A stretch of 44,948 nt of DNA, taken from Candidatus Pacearchaeota archaeon UBA284 (GTDB lineage: Archaea; Nanobdellota; Nanobdellia; Pacearchaeales; UBA284). The stretch covers positions 15,060 through 60,007 of the forward strand of contig DAKN01000102.1 in the NCBI GenBank assembly GCA_002499185.1, written 5' to 3'. The notes beneath the pieces were generated by a model. The model was not told where the DNA came from. It saw only the letters and a list, made by a program, of their open reading frames with translations, and made no database searches. Position numbers and translations under genes: made by a program. Shown one piece after another: positions 8,022 through 17,802 of this stretch. Each line of letters opens with the position of its first letter. Within the stretch, counting starts at the first letter, position 1.

Positions 8022-8447
8022 TTATTTACTCTTTTCAGAATTTTTCTGTAATTGAGGTAGTCTTAAATGGTAAGGTAAGTTTAAGCTTTCTTCAAGATCT
8101 AATGCCTTAACATTACATTTAGTCATTATTGTGTTAAGTATTGCGGTGTTCAAATTTTCATCTATTTTTTTATTTTCCCAAGATTCTTTTATTGTTTTTG
8201 CTGTTTCCTTATCGGTTAAATATAAAACACTGCCCTCAAAAGATAGCTCTGCTATTTCTTTTTTATTTTGTAGATATTTTATAGCAAATTCAAAATCAAA
8301 AGAAAAAACCTCTTTATCCTTAAATGGAGATTCCTTAAGGGGTTTTATATCTTTTATATTCAATTTTAATGTTGTGTTTATTGCTCCTTGTTCGTATGTT
8401 TTTCTTTCTGCAGAAATTTTTTTGAAATTGAATCCAATAATTGCCAT
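8022..8447 (-). CDS. hypothetical protein
   Basis: 141-aa ORF (MAIIGFNFKKISAERK...). No confident motif. Only a weak impression of a SecB-like all-beta N-terminus, which is not asserted. Confidence 0.45.
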   Translation of the reverse strand: MAIIGFNFKKISAERKTYEQGAINTTLKLNIKDIKPLKESPFKDKEVFSFDFEFAIKYLQNKKEIAELSFEGSVLYLTDKETAKTIKESWENKKIDENLNTAILNTIMTKCNVKALDLEESLNLPYHLRLPQLQKNSEKSK

Positions 8448-8514
8448 TTTTTATTTTATATTAAATTTATAATTACGGATGATCGTTCCCCTTTATTATT
8501 AAAAGGACTTGGGT

Positions 8515-8775
8515 TTATTTCATATCTTCTTCGCTTACAACAACAAAATCGCCTACAGCTAGAATAGCGCTGTACGGAATCAAAACATTTCCGCTTTTAT
8601 CTTTTTCTAAATTCAATGTTAGGGCATGTGTTGTAGGTGAAGCTATAACAAGGTGGATTAGTTCTCCGCTTCTTGTTTCAAAAGTTATGTCTTTTACAAA
8701 ACCTAGTCTTTTACCTTCTTTTGTTACGACCAATCTTTCTGTAAGTTCTTTTGACGGTCTTTTATCTAGTGCCAT
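8515..8775 (-). CDS. PRC-barrel domain protein
   Basis: 86 aa. The patterns GKRLGFVKDITFETRSGELIHLVI and IPYSAILAVGDFVVV are typical of small archaeal PRC-barrel proteins. Confidence 0.65.
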   Translation of the reverse strand: MALDKRPSKELTERLVVTKEGKRLGFVKDITFETRSGELIHLVIASPTTHALTLNLEKDKSGNVLIPYSAILAVGDFVVVSEEDMK

Positions 8776-8991
8776 TTTTATTAAATTATTATTTAAATTG
8801 AATGATTAAATTTTATTTATAAACTTTTCTATGATTTCTTATATAAATCTATTTTGCGTTTATTCTATAATATTTTTATTTTATTTAAATGCAAATTATT
8901 TAATTAAATATTAATTAAAGATTAAACGAACTATTTGTTTTTCTTTCTTGCTTTTTTATTATATTTTAATATAATTTATTCGGTTTATAGG

Positions 8992-9024
8992 AAATCACTC
9001 TCCCTCCTACGTTTCCTATGGAAA
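8992..9024 (-). promoter_or_regulatory. ORB-like origin recognition box 1 (dyad + G-string + GTGATTT)
   Basis: The reverse complement reads TTTCCATAGGAAA-CGTAGGAGGGAGA-GTGATTT. Its 13-mer and 7-mer are identical to ORB 2. Confidence 0.75.
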
Positions 9025-9249
9025 AGTAAACTCTATTTTTTGAATAAAATTGATAAATTAGAAAGATAGACGATATATAAAATTATATTTATAAATATTT
9101 ATATATTATATTATATATATTATATAGTTATATATTTTATATTTATAGTATTATTTAAAAAATAACTGTACATTAAATAACCACCATAAAACATGAAAAA
9201 TAAAAATAATTCTTTTACGACGAAAAAGAAACAAGTTTTCAAAAAACAA
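9025..9249. other. candidate duplex unwinding element of oriC
   Basis: This 225-bp stretch lies between the inverted ORBs. It has long runs of only A/T (TATATA-type repeats around 9075-9160). Confidence 0.65.
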
Positions 9250-9280
9250 TTTCCATAGGAAATAAGGGTCTGGGTGATTT
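9250..9280 (+). promoter_or_regulatory. ORB-like origin recognition box 2
   Basis: TTTCCATAGGAAA-TAAGGGTCTGG-GTGATTT, inverted relative to ORB 1 and 65 bp upstream of orc1/cdc6. Confidence 0.75.
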
Positions 9281-9344
9281 AAGGACAATATTTAAAAAGT
9301 AATGGTTTTTATAATTTAAATTAAATTCATTTGTTTAATTTGAA

Positions 9345-10595
9345 ATGAAAAAAGAGAAATTTATTTACCCAACAAAAAGAGACGAGCACGTTAATAACAT
9401 TTTTGATTCCTTTATTCAAAAAACCATTTTTAAAAATAAAATAATGTTACAATCAGGATATACTCCAGAAACAATACAACACAGAGAAAATCAAATAAAA
9501 CAAGTTGCTTCTATTCTCGCACCATCTTTAAGAGTAGAAAAACCATCAAACCTTTTTATTTACGGGTTAACTGGAACTGGAAAAACATTAGTAATACAAT
9601 ACGTCAAAAACCAATTATTAAGAAAAGCCAAAGAACAAAAAATAGAATTAATCATCCCATATATTAATTGTAAATTGCGAAAGGTAGCAGATACTGAATA
9701 TAGGATATTAGCAGAACTAATAAAAAAACTTGGTGGAAAGGTTCCCGCAACAGGATTACCAACAGATCAGCTATATCATAAATTGATTGAAATAATTGAT
9801 ACAAAAAAACAAATATTAATTTTAGTTTTAGATGAAATAGACCAAGCAGTTGGAAAAATTGGAGATGAATTTTTATATAATTTTACAAGATTAAACACAG
9901 AACTAACAAAAACACAGATTTCAATTATTGGAATTTCGAACGATTTGAAATTTCTTGATAATTTAGATCCAAGAGTTAAAAGCTCTTTAAGTGAAGAAGA
10001 AATATTATTTCCCCCTTATAATGCCCTTCAAATTAAAGATATTTTAAAAGAAAGAAGTAAAGAGGCATTTAAAGAAGGTATTTTAGGTGAAGGAATAATA
10101 GAAAAATGCGCAGCTCTTGCAGTAAGAGACCACGGAGATGCAAGAAAAGCTCTTGATTTACTTAGGATAGCTGGAGAGGTTGTTGAGAGAGAAAATAAAG
10201 ATAAAATAACTTTAGATTATATAGACAAGGCAAAAGAAAAAATGGAATCAGACATTGTTTTAAATTCGATAGAAACACAACCGAGACAATTTCAACTTAC
10301 CTTATTTTCAATAATCCAATTAATTAAAATATATAAAAAAGAAAAAGAAGAAAGAAGATTATTTACTGGAGATGTTTATGATTATTATCTAGACACATGC
10401 AAAAAAACAAAAATATCCAGCCTAACCCAGAGAAGAGTAAGCGATATAATTGCAGAATTTGATATGCTGGGAATAATAAATGCAAAAACAATAAGTAACG
10501 GAAGATATGGGAGAACGAGGGAAATAAGACTAGATCTTCCAGAAGAGTTAATTGAAAAAATAGAAAAAAACCTAATCAATTCCTTAGGGATTTAA
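9345..10595 (+). CDS. cdc6: Orc1/Cdc6 replication initiator (AAA+ with C-terminal winged helix)
   Basis: 416 aa. Walker A GLTGTGKT, Walker B LVLDEID, GISND sensor region, GDARKALDLLR, and a C-terminal wH domain. Confidence 0.93.
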   Translation: MKKEKFIYPTKRDEHVNNIFDSFIQKTIFKNKIMLQSGYTPETIQHRENQIKQVASILAPSLRVEKPSNLFIYGLTGTGKTLVIQYVKNQLLRKAKEQKIELIIPYINCKLRKVADTEYRILAELIKKLGGKVPATGLPTDQLYHKLIEIIDTKKQILILVLDEIDQAVGKIGDEFLYNFTRLNTELTKTQISIIGISNDLKFLDNLDPRVKSSLSEEEILFPPYNALQIKDILKERSKEAFKEGILGEGIIEKCAALAVRDHGDARKALDLLRIAGEVVERENKDKITLDYIDKAKEKMESDIVLNSIETQPRQFQLTLFSIIQLIKIYKKEKEERRLFTGDVYDYYLDTCKKTKISSLTQRRVSDIIAEFDMLGIINAKTISNGRYGRTREIRLDLPEELIEKIEKNLINSLGI

Positions 10596-10662
10596 CAAAA
10601 ACAAGGAAAAGGGAATGAGAATAAGGGAATATAAATAAATAAACCAGTTTAAGGTTTTAAAA

Positions 10663-12237
10663 ATGAAAGAAACAATAAAATCCCTGATGCTACAGGGGTA
10701 TTTAACAGAACCAAGTGCAGCAGAATTAATCAAAGAAGCTTCTATAAAAAATGAAGATTTTTATCATATTTTTTTATCACTAAATCCCCCGAAATGTATA
10801 ACTAAAGAATTTATTCTACAAAATATCCAAAAAATAGTAACTCAATTAATAAAAAAGAACCCAGAAATTAGCGAAGAAACAATTTCTTTTTTTAATAACC
10901 TTATTCCAAAAAAGGAAAACGAAGAAATAAATGACAATATTCAACAAATAAAAGAAGACCAAGAAAGAGTAAAAAAACTAGACGAATTTAAAAAAAGAAA
11001 AGTGGAAATAACCCAATCAATAGAAATAAAAAACAGAAAATTAACGGTAGAAGATTTCACAAAATATTTTAGAGGAAGATATGATTATTTAAAAAGAATT
11101 TTACAGGAAAAAAATCTTGAAAATCTCTCAAGCATAGGCAAACTTTCTGGTCAAAGAAAAAATTTTTCTATAATTGGAATGATATCAAATAAAAGACTCA
11201 CAAAAAATAAAAACCTAATTCTCGAAATCGAAGATTTAAGCGGAAAATTAAATGTTTTAATAAACGCAAACAAAAAAGAATTATTTGAAAAAGCAAAAGA
11301 TTTGGTTTTAGATGAAGTAATAGCTTTAACTGGTGTGGGTGATTCAGAAATTTTTTTTGTGAATGATATTTTCTTTCCAGACACATTTATTACAGAGAAA
11401 AAAACATCTCCAGACGACGAATATGTCCTTTTTACAGCAGATTGGCATGTTGGCCATAAAACATTTATGGAAGAGAATATAGTTAAATTTATTTCTTGGA
11501 TAAATGGAGAAATTGGAACAGAAAGTCAAAAAGAAATAGCAAAAAAAGTAAAATATCTTTTTATTGCAGGAGATTTGGTTGAAGGCGTTGGAGTTTATCC
11601 ATCACAGGAACAAGAACTAGCAATAAAAGACCTTTATCAACAATATAAAAAATTTGCAGAAATTCTGAGAAAAATAAGAAAAGACGTTACGATAATTTTA
11701 TGTGCGGGAAATCATGATGCAGTGAGATTAGTTGAACCACAACCAATAATTGAAAAAAAATTCATTCAGGAAATAATAGATATGGAAAATGTTTTTTTTA
11801 CTACAAATCCCAGCGTCGTTAACCTCGGAAAAACAAAAAATTTTGCCGGATTTAACATTCTTATGTATCATGGTTTTTCTTATCCGCACTATATGGATAA
11901 TGTCGATTCACTTAGATTAGCAAATGCAAAATTGAAGCCAGATATGATAATGCACTTTTTATTAAAAAAAAGACATTTGGCTCCAACACATGCGTCGACA
12001 ACGTACTTTCCAAGCGAAAAAGATTTTTTATTAATAGAAAATCCACCAGACATTTTTTTATCTGCGCATACACACCACACGGCAATCTCAACTTATAATA
12101 ATATTTTAACAATCTCTTGCGCATCATGGATTCCAGAAACAACATATCAGGAAAAATTAGGCTTGGTAGCAGACCCATGTAAGGTGCCAATATTTCATAT
12201 GAAGACAGGAAAAATTGCAATGCTTGATTTTAATTAA
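10663..12237 (+). CDS. polB: DNA polymerase II (PolD) small subunit DP1
   Basis: 524 aa. Phosphoesterase motifs ADWHVGH, AGDLVEGVG, AGNHDA, YHG and AHTHH preceded by an OB-like region. Located between cdc6 and DP2. Confidence 0.9.
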   Translation: MKETIKSLMLQGYLTEPSAAELIKEASIKNEDFYHIFLSLNPPKCITKEFILQNIQKIVTQLIKKNPEISEETISFFNNLIPKKENEEINDNIQQIKEDQERVKKLDEFKKRKVEITQSIEIKNRKLTVEDFTKYFRGRYDYLKRILQEKNLENLSSIGKLSGQRKNFSIIGMISNKRLTKNKNLILEIEDLSGKLNVLINANKKELFEKAKDLVLDEVIALTGVGDSEIFFVNDIFFPDTFITEKKTSPDDEYVLFTADWHVGHKTFMEENIVKFISWINGEIGTESQKEIAKKVKYLFIAGDLVEGVGVYPSQEQELAIKDLYQQYKKFAEILRKIRKDVTIILCAGNHDAVRLVEPQPIIEKKFIQEIIDMENVFFTTNPSVVNLGKTKNFAGFNILMYHGFSYPHYMDNVDSLRLANAKLKPDMIMHFLLKKRHLAPTHASTTYFPSEKDFLLIENPPDIFLSAHTHHTAISTYNNILTISCASWIPETTYQEKLGLVADPCKVPIFHMKTGKIAMLDFN

Positions 12238-12268
12238 AATATATGTAATAAAAAATAAATAATAAAAA

Positions 12269-15200
12269 ATGGAGCAATATTTTGAAAAATTGTTAGAAAA
12301 TGTAAAAAAAGAATATACCATAGCAGAACCAGCAAGAGCCAAAGGTTATGACCCTGTTAGTAAAGTGGAAGTTCCATTAGCAATCTCGCTTGCAGAAAAA
12401 GCAATTGGATTAATATCAACAATTTACCCGCAACTAAACCAAGATAGGGGGGTTATAGATAGAATTCTTGAACTTGAAAAAGAATACGGACAGCTAGATA
12501 CGGCCGTTTCATTTAAAATAGCAGAAGAGGTTGCTACACAAAAGTTTTGCAAATTTGAAAGTCAATTACAAGCAATAGATGCTGGAATACGTGTTGGTTT
12601 TGCATATATCACCCTTGGTGTTGTTTCTTCACCAATAGAGGGATTTACAGAATTAAAAATTAGAAAAACAAGAGATGGAAAAGATTATTTTGCTGCTTAT
12701 TTTTCTGGACCGATTAGAAGTGCAGGAACAACGGCAAGTTGCATTGTTCTTATGTTAATAGATTATTTAAGAGAATATTTTGGATATGCTAAATATGATC
12801 CTGATGAAAAAGAAGTAAAAAGATACATTACAGAAAATTATGATTATCATGAGCGTGTTACAAATTTACAGTATATCGGAACAAAGGAGGAAATAGAGTT
12901 TCTTGCAAGCCACATACCCATACAAATTGATGGAGAACCGACAGAAGACCGGGAGGTTTCAAATTATAAGGATTTACCTAGAATTCCAACAAACCTGATT
13001 AGGGGGGGAATGGCATTGATTTTTTCAGAAGGACTATCACAGAAAGCACAGAAAGGTTTGAGACTGTTAAGGGGAGTACAACAAAAAGGATTTAAGGCTA
13101 CTGGATGGGACTTTTTAGACGATTATATCATATTACACAAAAAAAGAGAAAAAGGTACAACAGACACGAGTCCAACCTATATTAAAGACTTAGTTGCAGG
13201 CAGACCAGTATTTGGACACCCATCAATGTCCGGCGGTTTTAGATTTAGATATGGAAGAAGCAGAGTTAGCGGATTTTCTGCAACATCTATTCATCCGGCA
13301 ACAATGGCCATTTCAAACAATTTTCTTTCATCTGGAACGCAATTAAAAGTAGAAAGACCAACAAAGGGGTGCATTATAACGTCTTGTGATGCTTTGGAAG
13401 GACCAATAGTTAGATTAAAAGATGGAAGCGTAAAAAAAATAAAAAGCTTCGAAGAAGCAAAAAAAATTTACAAAGATACAGAACAAATAATTTATCTTGG
13501 AGATATTTTGTTTTCTTTAGGGGATGTAATGAATAGAAATTATGAATTAATTAAACCAGGATATGTTGAAGAATGGTGGTTTTTACAATTAAATAAAAAA
13601 ATAAATGAATTAAACGAAAATCGTGAAGTTAAAATAGAAATAAAAGAAGTTTATGACAAATACAATTTTGATTTAGAAAAAGCCAAGGAAATTTCTATAA
13701 AATACTGCATCCCATTACATCCAAAATATCTTTTCTTTTGGACCCAAATAACAAAAGAACAATTTATAGATTTACTAAAATGGTTTAAAATTTCCACTAT
13801 AAGAGATGGAAAATTAATTTTACCTTATGAAACGTTAAATAGAAAAAACCTTAATAACGCAAAAACAGCACTCGAAATTTTAGGGGTAGAACATTTTATT
13901 TCAACAGCAGACGCTGTTATTAATGAAGAAAATACTAAAACACTATTCGCAAACCTGAATTTTTCTGAAGAAAATTTTAAGGAAAAAGTTATCGAAATTT
14001 TAGATTTTACCGAAAAAGAAGAAAATAATAAATCAACACCGTTAATTTTTGTAAATAAATTTTCCGAATTCATAATTAAAGATTTAGCAGGAAATTTTAT
14101 TGGTGCAAGAATGGGTAGACCAGAAAAAGCAAAAGCAAGAAAACTTGTCGGGAGCCCAAGCGTTTTATTTCCCATAGGGGATCAAGGTGGAAGATTTAGA
14201 AGCGTAAATGAAGCAGTTAATGCCCGTTTTATCAAAGCAGATTTTCCAACATATTATTGTCAAAACTGTAAAAATGAAACAATATATCGTATTTGTGAAT
14301 CTTGTTCTAAAGAAACCACACCAATAGGTTTTTGTCAAATATGCAACAAAAAAATAATCAATGCAATTTGCAATGAACACGGAAAATGTTTACCTTATTT
14401 TACTAAAGAGATAGAAAGTAAATATTATTTTGATAAAGCAATAGAACATATTCACTTGACAAAAGACGAAATTCCAAAATTAATTAAGGGGGTAAAAGGA
14501 ACATCAAATCAAGAACACGCATTTGAAAATCCAGCTAAAGGAATCTTAAGATCGAAACACAGCTTGTGTGTTAATAAAGATGGTACAATAAGATATGATG
14601 CAACAGAAATTCCAGTAACACACTTTAAACCCAAGGAAATTGGAGCAGATGTAGGGAAATTAAAAGAATTGGGTTATGAAAAAGATATTTCTGGAAATGA
14701 CTTAATTAATGATGACCAAATTTTAGAATTATTTCCACACGACATAATTTTACCAGCATGTCCAGAATCTCCAGATGAAAAAGCAGACGAGTTTTTTTTT
14801 AATGTAGCAAATTTTATCGACGATTTATTAGAAAGATTTTATAAACTTCCAAGATATTATAATTTAAAATCAAAAAAAGATTTAATAGGACAATTAGCAA
14901 CATGCATGGCTCCACATAATTGTGCAGGGGTTGTTTCCAGAATCATCGGCTTCTCAAAAACACAAGGACTAATGGCTTCTCCTTTTATGCACGCAGCAGT
15001 TAGAAGAGATTGTGATGGGGATGAAATTGCAGTAATGCTTCTTTTAGATGTTTTATTAAACTTTTCAAGAAAATTTCTTCCATCTCATAGGGGCGGAACA
15101 CAAGATGCTCCGCTAGTTCTAAATGCGAGAATTAGAGCAGGAGAAGTTGATGATCAGATTCTTGATTTAGAATTAGTCGAAAACTATCCTCTTGAACTAT

Positions 15201-15766
15201 ATGAATTAGCAGAACAAGGAAAACATTCATCCGAGATAAAAATAGAGAATATTAAAAAAAGATTGAGAGAAGGAAAAGATCCGTTTATAAATATTAATTT
15301 TACACACGGAACTACAGACTTTAATGAGGGCGTGGTAAATTCTTCCTATAAATCTTTACCAAGCATGAAAGAAAAAGTAGATAAACAAATGGAAATTGTA
15401 ACAAAATTAAGATCTGTTAATGCAGAAGATGTTGCAAGATTAATAATTGAAAGACATTTTATTAGAGATATAAAAGGAAACTTCAATAAATTTACTCAAC
15501 AACAATTTAGATGTGTGGGTTGTAATGAAAAATATAGGAGACCCCCATTATCTGGAAAATGTAATAAATGTAAAGATGGAAGAATTATTTTTACAATATC
15601 AGAAGGAAGTATAATAAAATATCTCATTCCGGCATTAGAACTTTCTGAAAAGTATAATCTTTCTACATACATTAAACAAAGTCTCGATTTAATAAAGGAA
15701 GCAATAGAAAGCATGTTTGGAAAAGAAACAGAAAAACAACAAGAGCTGAAAAAATGGTTTGGATAA
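12269..15766 (+). CDS. polC: DNA polymerase II (PolD) large catalytic subunit DP2
   Basis: 1165 aa. RRDCDGDEIAVMLLLD catalytic region. Cys clusters CQNCKNE..CESC and CVGCNEKY..CNKC. No intein-sized insertion. Confidence 0.93.
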   Translation: MEQYFEKLLENVKKEYTIAEPARAKGYDPVSKVEVPLAISLAEKAIGLISTIYPQLNQDRGVIDRILELEKEYGQLDTAVSFKIAEEVATQKFCKFESQLQAIDAGIRVGFAYITLGVVSSPIEGFTELKIRKTRDGKDYFAAYFSGPIRSAGTTASCIVLMLIDYLREYFGYAKYDPDEKEVKRYITENYDYHERVTNLQYIGTKEEIEFLASHIPIQIDGEPTEDREVSNYKDLPRIPTNLIRGGMALIFSEGLSQKAQKGLRLLRGVQQKGFKATGWDFLDDYIILHKKREKGTTDTSPTYIKDLVAGRPVFGHPSMSGGFRFRYGRSRVSGFSATSIHPATMAISNNFLSSGTQLKVERPTKGCIITSCDALEGPIVRLKDGSVKKIKSFEEAKKIYKDTEQIIYLGDILFSLGDVMNRNYELIKPGYVEEWWFLQLNKKINELNENREVKIEIKEVYDKYNFDLEKAKEISIKYCIPLHPKYLFFWTQITKEQFIDLLKWFKISTIRDGKLILPYETLNRKNLNNAKTALEILGVEHFISTADAVINEENTKTLFANLNFSEENFKEKVIEILDFTEKEENNKSTPLIFVNKFSEFIIKDLAGNFIGARMGRPEKAKARKLVGSPSVLFPIGDQGGRFRSVNEAVNARFIKADFPTYYCQNCKNETIYRICESCSKETTPIGFCQICNKKIINAICNEHGKCLPYFTKEIESKYYFDKAIEHIHLTKDEIPKLIKGVKGTSNQEHAFENPAKGILRSKHSLCVNKDGTIRYDATEIPVTHFKPKEIGADVGKLKELGYEKDISGNDLINDDQILELFPHDIILPACPESPDEKADEFFFNVANFIDDLLERFYKLPRYYNLKSKKDLIGQLATCMAPHNCAGVVSRIIGFSKTQGLMASPFMHAAVRRDCDGDEIAVMLLLDVLLNFSRKFLPSHRGGTQDAPLVLNARIRAGEVDDQILDLELVENYPLELYELAEQGKHSSEIKIENIKKRLREGKDPFININFTHGTTDFNEGVVNSSYKSLPSMKEKVDKQMEIVTKLRSVNAEDVARLIIERHFIRDIKGNFNKFTQQQFRCVGCNEKYRRPPLSGKCNKCKDGRIIFTISEGSIIKYLIPALELSEKYNLSTYIKQSLDLIKEAIESMFGKETEKQQELKKWFG

Positions 15767-15769
15767 AAA

Positions 15770-16966
15770 TTATAAAAGATAATATAAAATAACCGGAATT
15801 AACAAACAACCCATTAAATTTATTTTTCTTACACCCAATTCTGAACATAATATACCTATTGCGGTTCCAACCAAAAGAACTAACAATGAGGTAAATCCAG
15901 AAATTAAAATAGATAAACCACAAATAAAGAAAATAATTATTCCACAAAGAAAAGAATAATTTACTCTTGAAATCCATTTTGCAAAATTTTTTGCAAAAAA
16001 TAGAGATAAAAAAACAGAAATTCCTGCAACAAATAAACAAACAGCTAAACAAATAATTAAGTGATTAAAAGAAAAACTCGCAATTAATTTTCCAGTTATT
16101 ACTGCACTACCGGTTCTTGGTTTTTTAATAGTATAAAGTGCAACAAAACTAAGAGCCATCACAATCACATTAACCGCTCCAACTAAAATAAGAAAACCCT
16201 TTTCAGATATTTTACCAAAAGAAGAAGAAATTATTGCAGCTTGACTAGAGCCAACACCGGGTAGAAAAGAAACAAGAGCGCTGGAAAAGATACTTTTCCT
16301 AAGCGCAGAAGATATTTCTTTTCTTGAAATTTCCAAAGAAGAAATTTTTTGTTCAGGAATACTTACTTTTTGAAAAATACTTACAGATAATAAAGATATC
16401 CCAAATAAACCAGTAAATAATGGCACGAGGGGTTCTTTAATAATTGGTGAATTAAGTACAATAAATCCAAAAATTCCGGAAAGAAGAAAGATAAATAGGG
16501 CAAAAATAATTTTTTCTTCATTTAAAATAAGGAAAAAAGAGATTAACAACAAAATAAACGGCATAATCTTAATTAAATAAGGATAACTAATTGGGGTAAT
16601 CCACATTAAAAAAGGGGTTAATGCCAAGGCTATCAAAATTCCAAAAATTCCACCAATCGTTGTTAATTTTACGGCAAGATAAGCATTTCCTTCTAAAAGC
16701 ATACGATGACCTGGCAATACGCTCAAGGCTGTATCTTCATTTGGAGCACCAAGAAAAATACTTGGAATAAAATCAATAAAACTTTGGGCTATAGACATAG
16801 ATACAATAGAAATAACTAAAATAATTGGTGAAAAAATATTTAATAAATAGGTGGAAGCAGAAAAAAGAATAATTGAAACAAGATTTATATGTATACCCGG
16901 TAAGAGCCCACAAATAACACCCAATAAAATACCAATAAAACAAGCAAGAATTATTTCAAGAATCAT
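15770..16966 (-). CDS. TctA/DUF112-family integral membrane transporter subunit
   Basis: 398 aa and highly hydrophobic. The paired loops GLLPGIHINL and FLPGVGSSQAA resemble the duplicated PG-x-G loops of TctA-type permeases. Confidence 0.6.
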   Translation of the reverse strand: MILEIILACFIGILLGVICGLLPGIHINLVSIILFSASTYLLNIFSPIILVISIVSMSIAQSFIDFIPSIFLGAPNEDTALSVLPGHRMLLEGNAYLAVKLTTIGGIFGILIALALTPFLMWITPISYPYLIKIMPFILLLISFFLILNEEKIIFALFIFLLSGIFGFIVLNSPIIKEPLVPLFTGLFGISLLSVSIFQKVSIPEQKISSLEISRKEISSALRKSIFSSALVSFLPGVGSSQAAIISSSFGKISEKGFLILVGAVNVIVMALSFVALYTIKKPRTGSAVITGKLIASFSFNHLIICLAVCLFVAGISVFLSLFFAKNFAKWISRVNYSFLCGIIIFFICGLSILISGFTSLLVLLVGTAIGILCSELGVRKINLMGCLLIPVILYYLL

Positions 16967-16975
16967 TTTATAACA

Positions 16976-17332
16976 TTAACCGATTTTTATAGATGTGGCG
17001 TCAATAAAATATTTTGAATTATACTCTTTTAAGACCCCAATAATTTCACAATAATCGTTATTTTTTATAAGGGAATTAGAAAAAGAGCCTCTAACTTCAA
17101 AAGAATCATTTAAATCACCAATATCAAAAAGAACATCTCCTGATTCAAAGGATTTAAAATTAAGAACAAATCCCTGAACTTTAACTTCTTTATTTAAATA
17201 ATCTCCAAGTTCTTTTTTTAATAAAGATATAGAAACCCTTTCCGGTTCTGAAAAATTTGAAAGAACCAATAAAAAAAGAAGCCCAATCAAAGTAATCATA
17301 AAAGATAACTTAAAAAGCACCTTATTTTCCAC
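16976..17332 (-). CDS. membrane-anchored OB-fold-like protein
   Basis: 118 aa. N-terminal TM FMITLIGLLFLLVL, then KEVKVQGFVLNF...EVRGSF...CEIIGVLKE, a beta-rich OB-like pattern. Resembles 39750..40067. Confidence 0.45.
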   Translation of the reverse strand: MENKVLFKLSFMITLIGLLFLLVLSNFSEPERVSISLLKKELGDYLNKEVKVQGFVLNFKSFESGDVLFDIGDLNDSFEVRGSFSNSLIKNNDYCEIIGVLKEYNSKYFIDATSIKIG

Positions 17333-17386
17333 AAATAAGGGTTGTTATAAATATTTTTATATTTATCTAAACCAAATTAATAAAAA

Positions 17387-17623
17387 CTAAGAACTTTGCC
17401 CATCTTCTTTTCTTTTTTCAATTTTTGTACCACATTCTGGGCAAAATTTTTCATCCCCAGTTAATGGGAGCCTGCAATTAGGACAAATTATTGGTTCTTG
17501 CCGTCTTTCAACCACGGGCATATAACCTGATTTTCCACTTATCAGTTTTCCAAAAGCTTCCATAACCTTTGGATCATTCATATAAGGTCTAAGATCTCGA
17601 CAACCACCAGCTGTTATTGGCAT
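17387..17623 (-). CDS. zinc-ribbon protein
   Basis: 78 aa. CPNC-x10-CPEC zinc ribbon at the C-terminus. Confidence 0.55.
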   Translation of the reverse strand: MPITAGGCRDLRPYMNDPKVMEAFGKLISGKSGYMPVVERRQEPIICPNCRLPLTGDEKFCPECGTKIEKRKEDGQSS

Positions 17624-17802
17624 TTTTTATTCACCTACTTAAATAATCTGCTTTAAGCAACTTGCAACAATATTTAAACTTTTTTATAATAGAAAAATTT
17701 TAAAACATTAATAAAAAAGAAGAAGAACCTTTGTTTCCCCCAAAAGTTCTTTATAAAATAATAAAGGTTTAAGTTTAAATACTTTATCCTTTTGAAAAGA
17801 AT

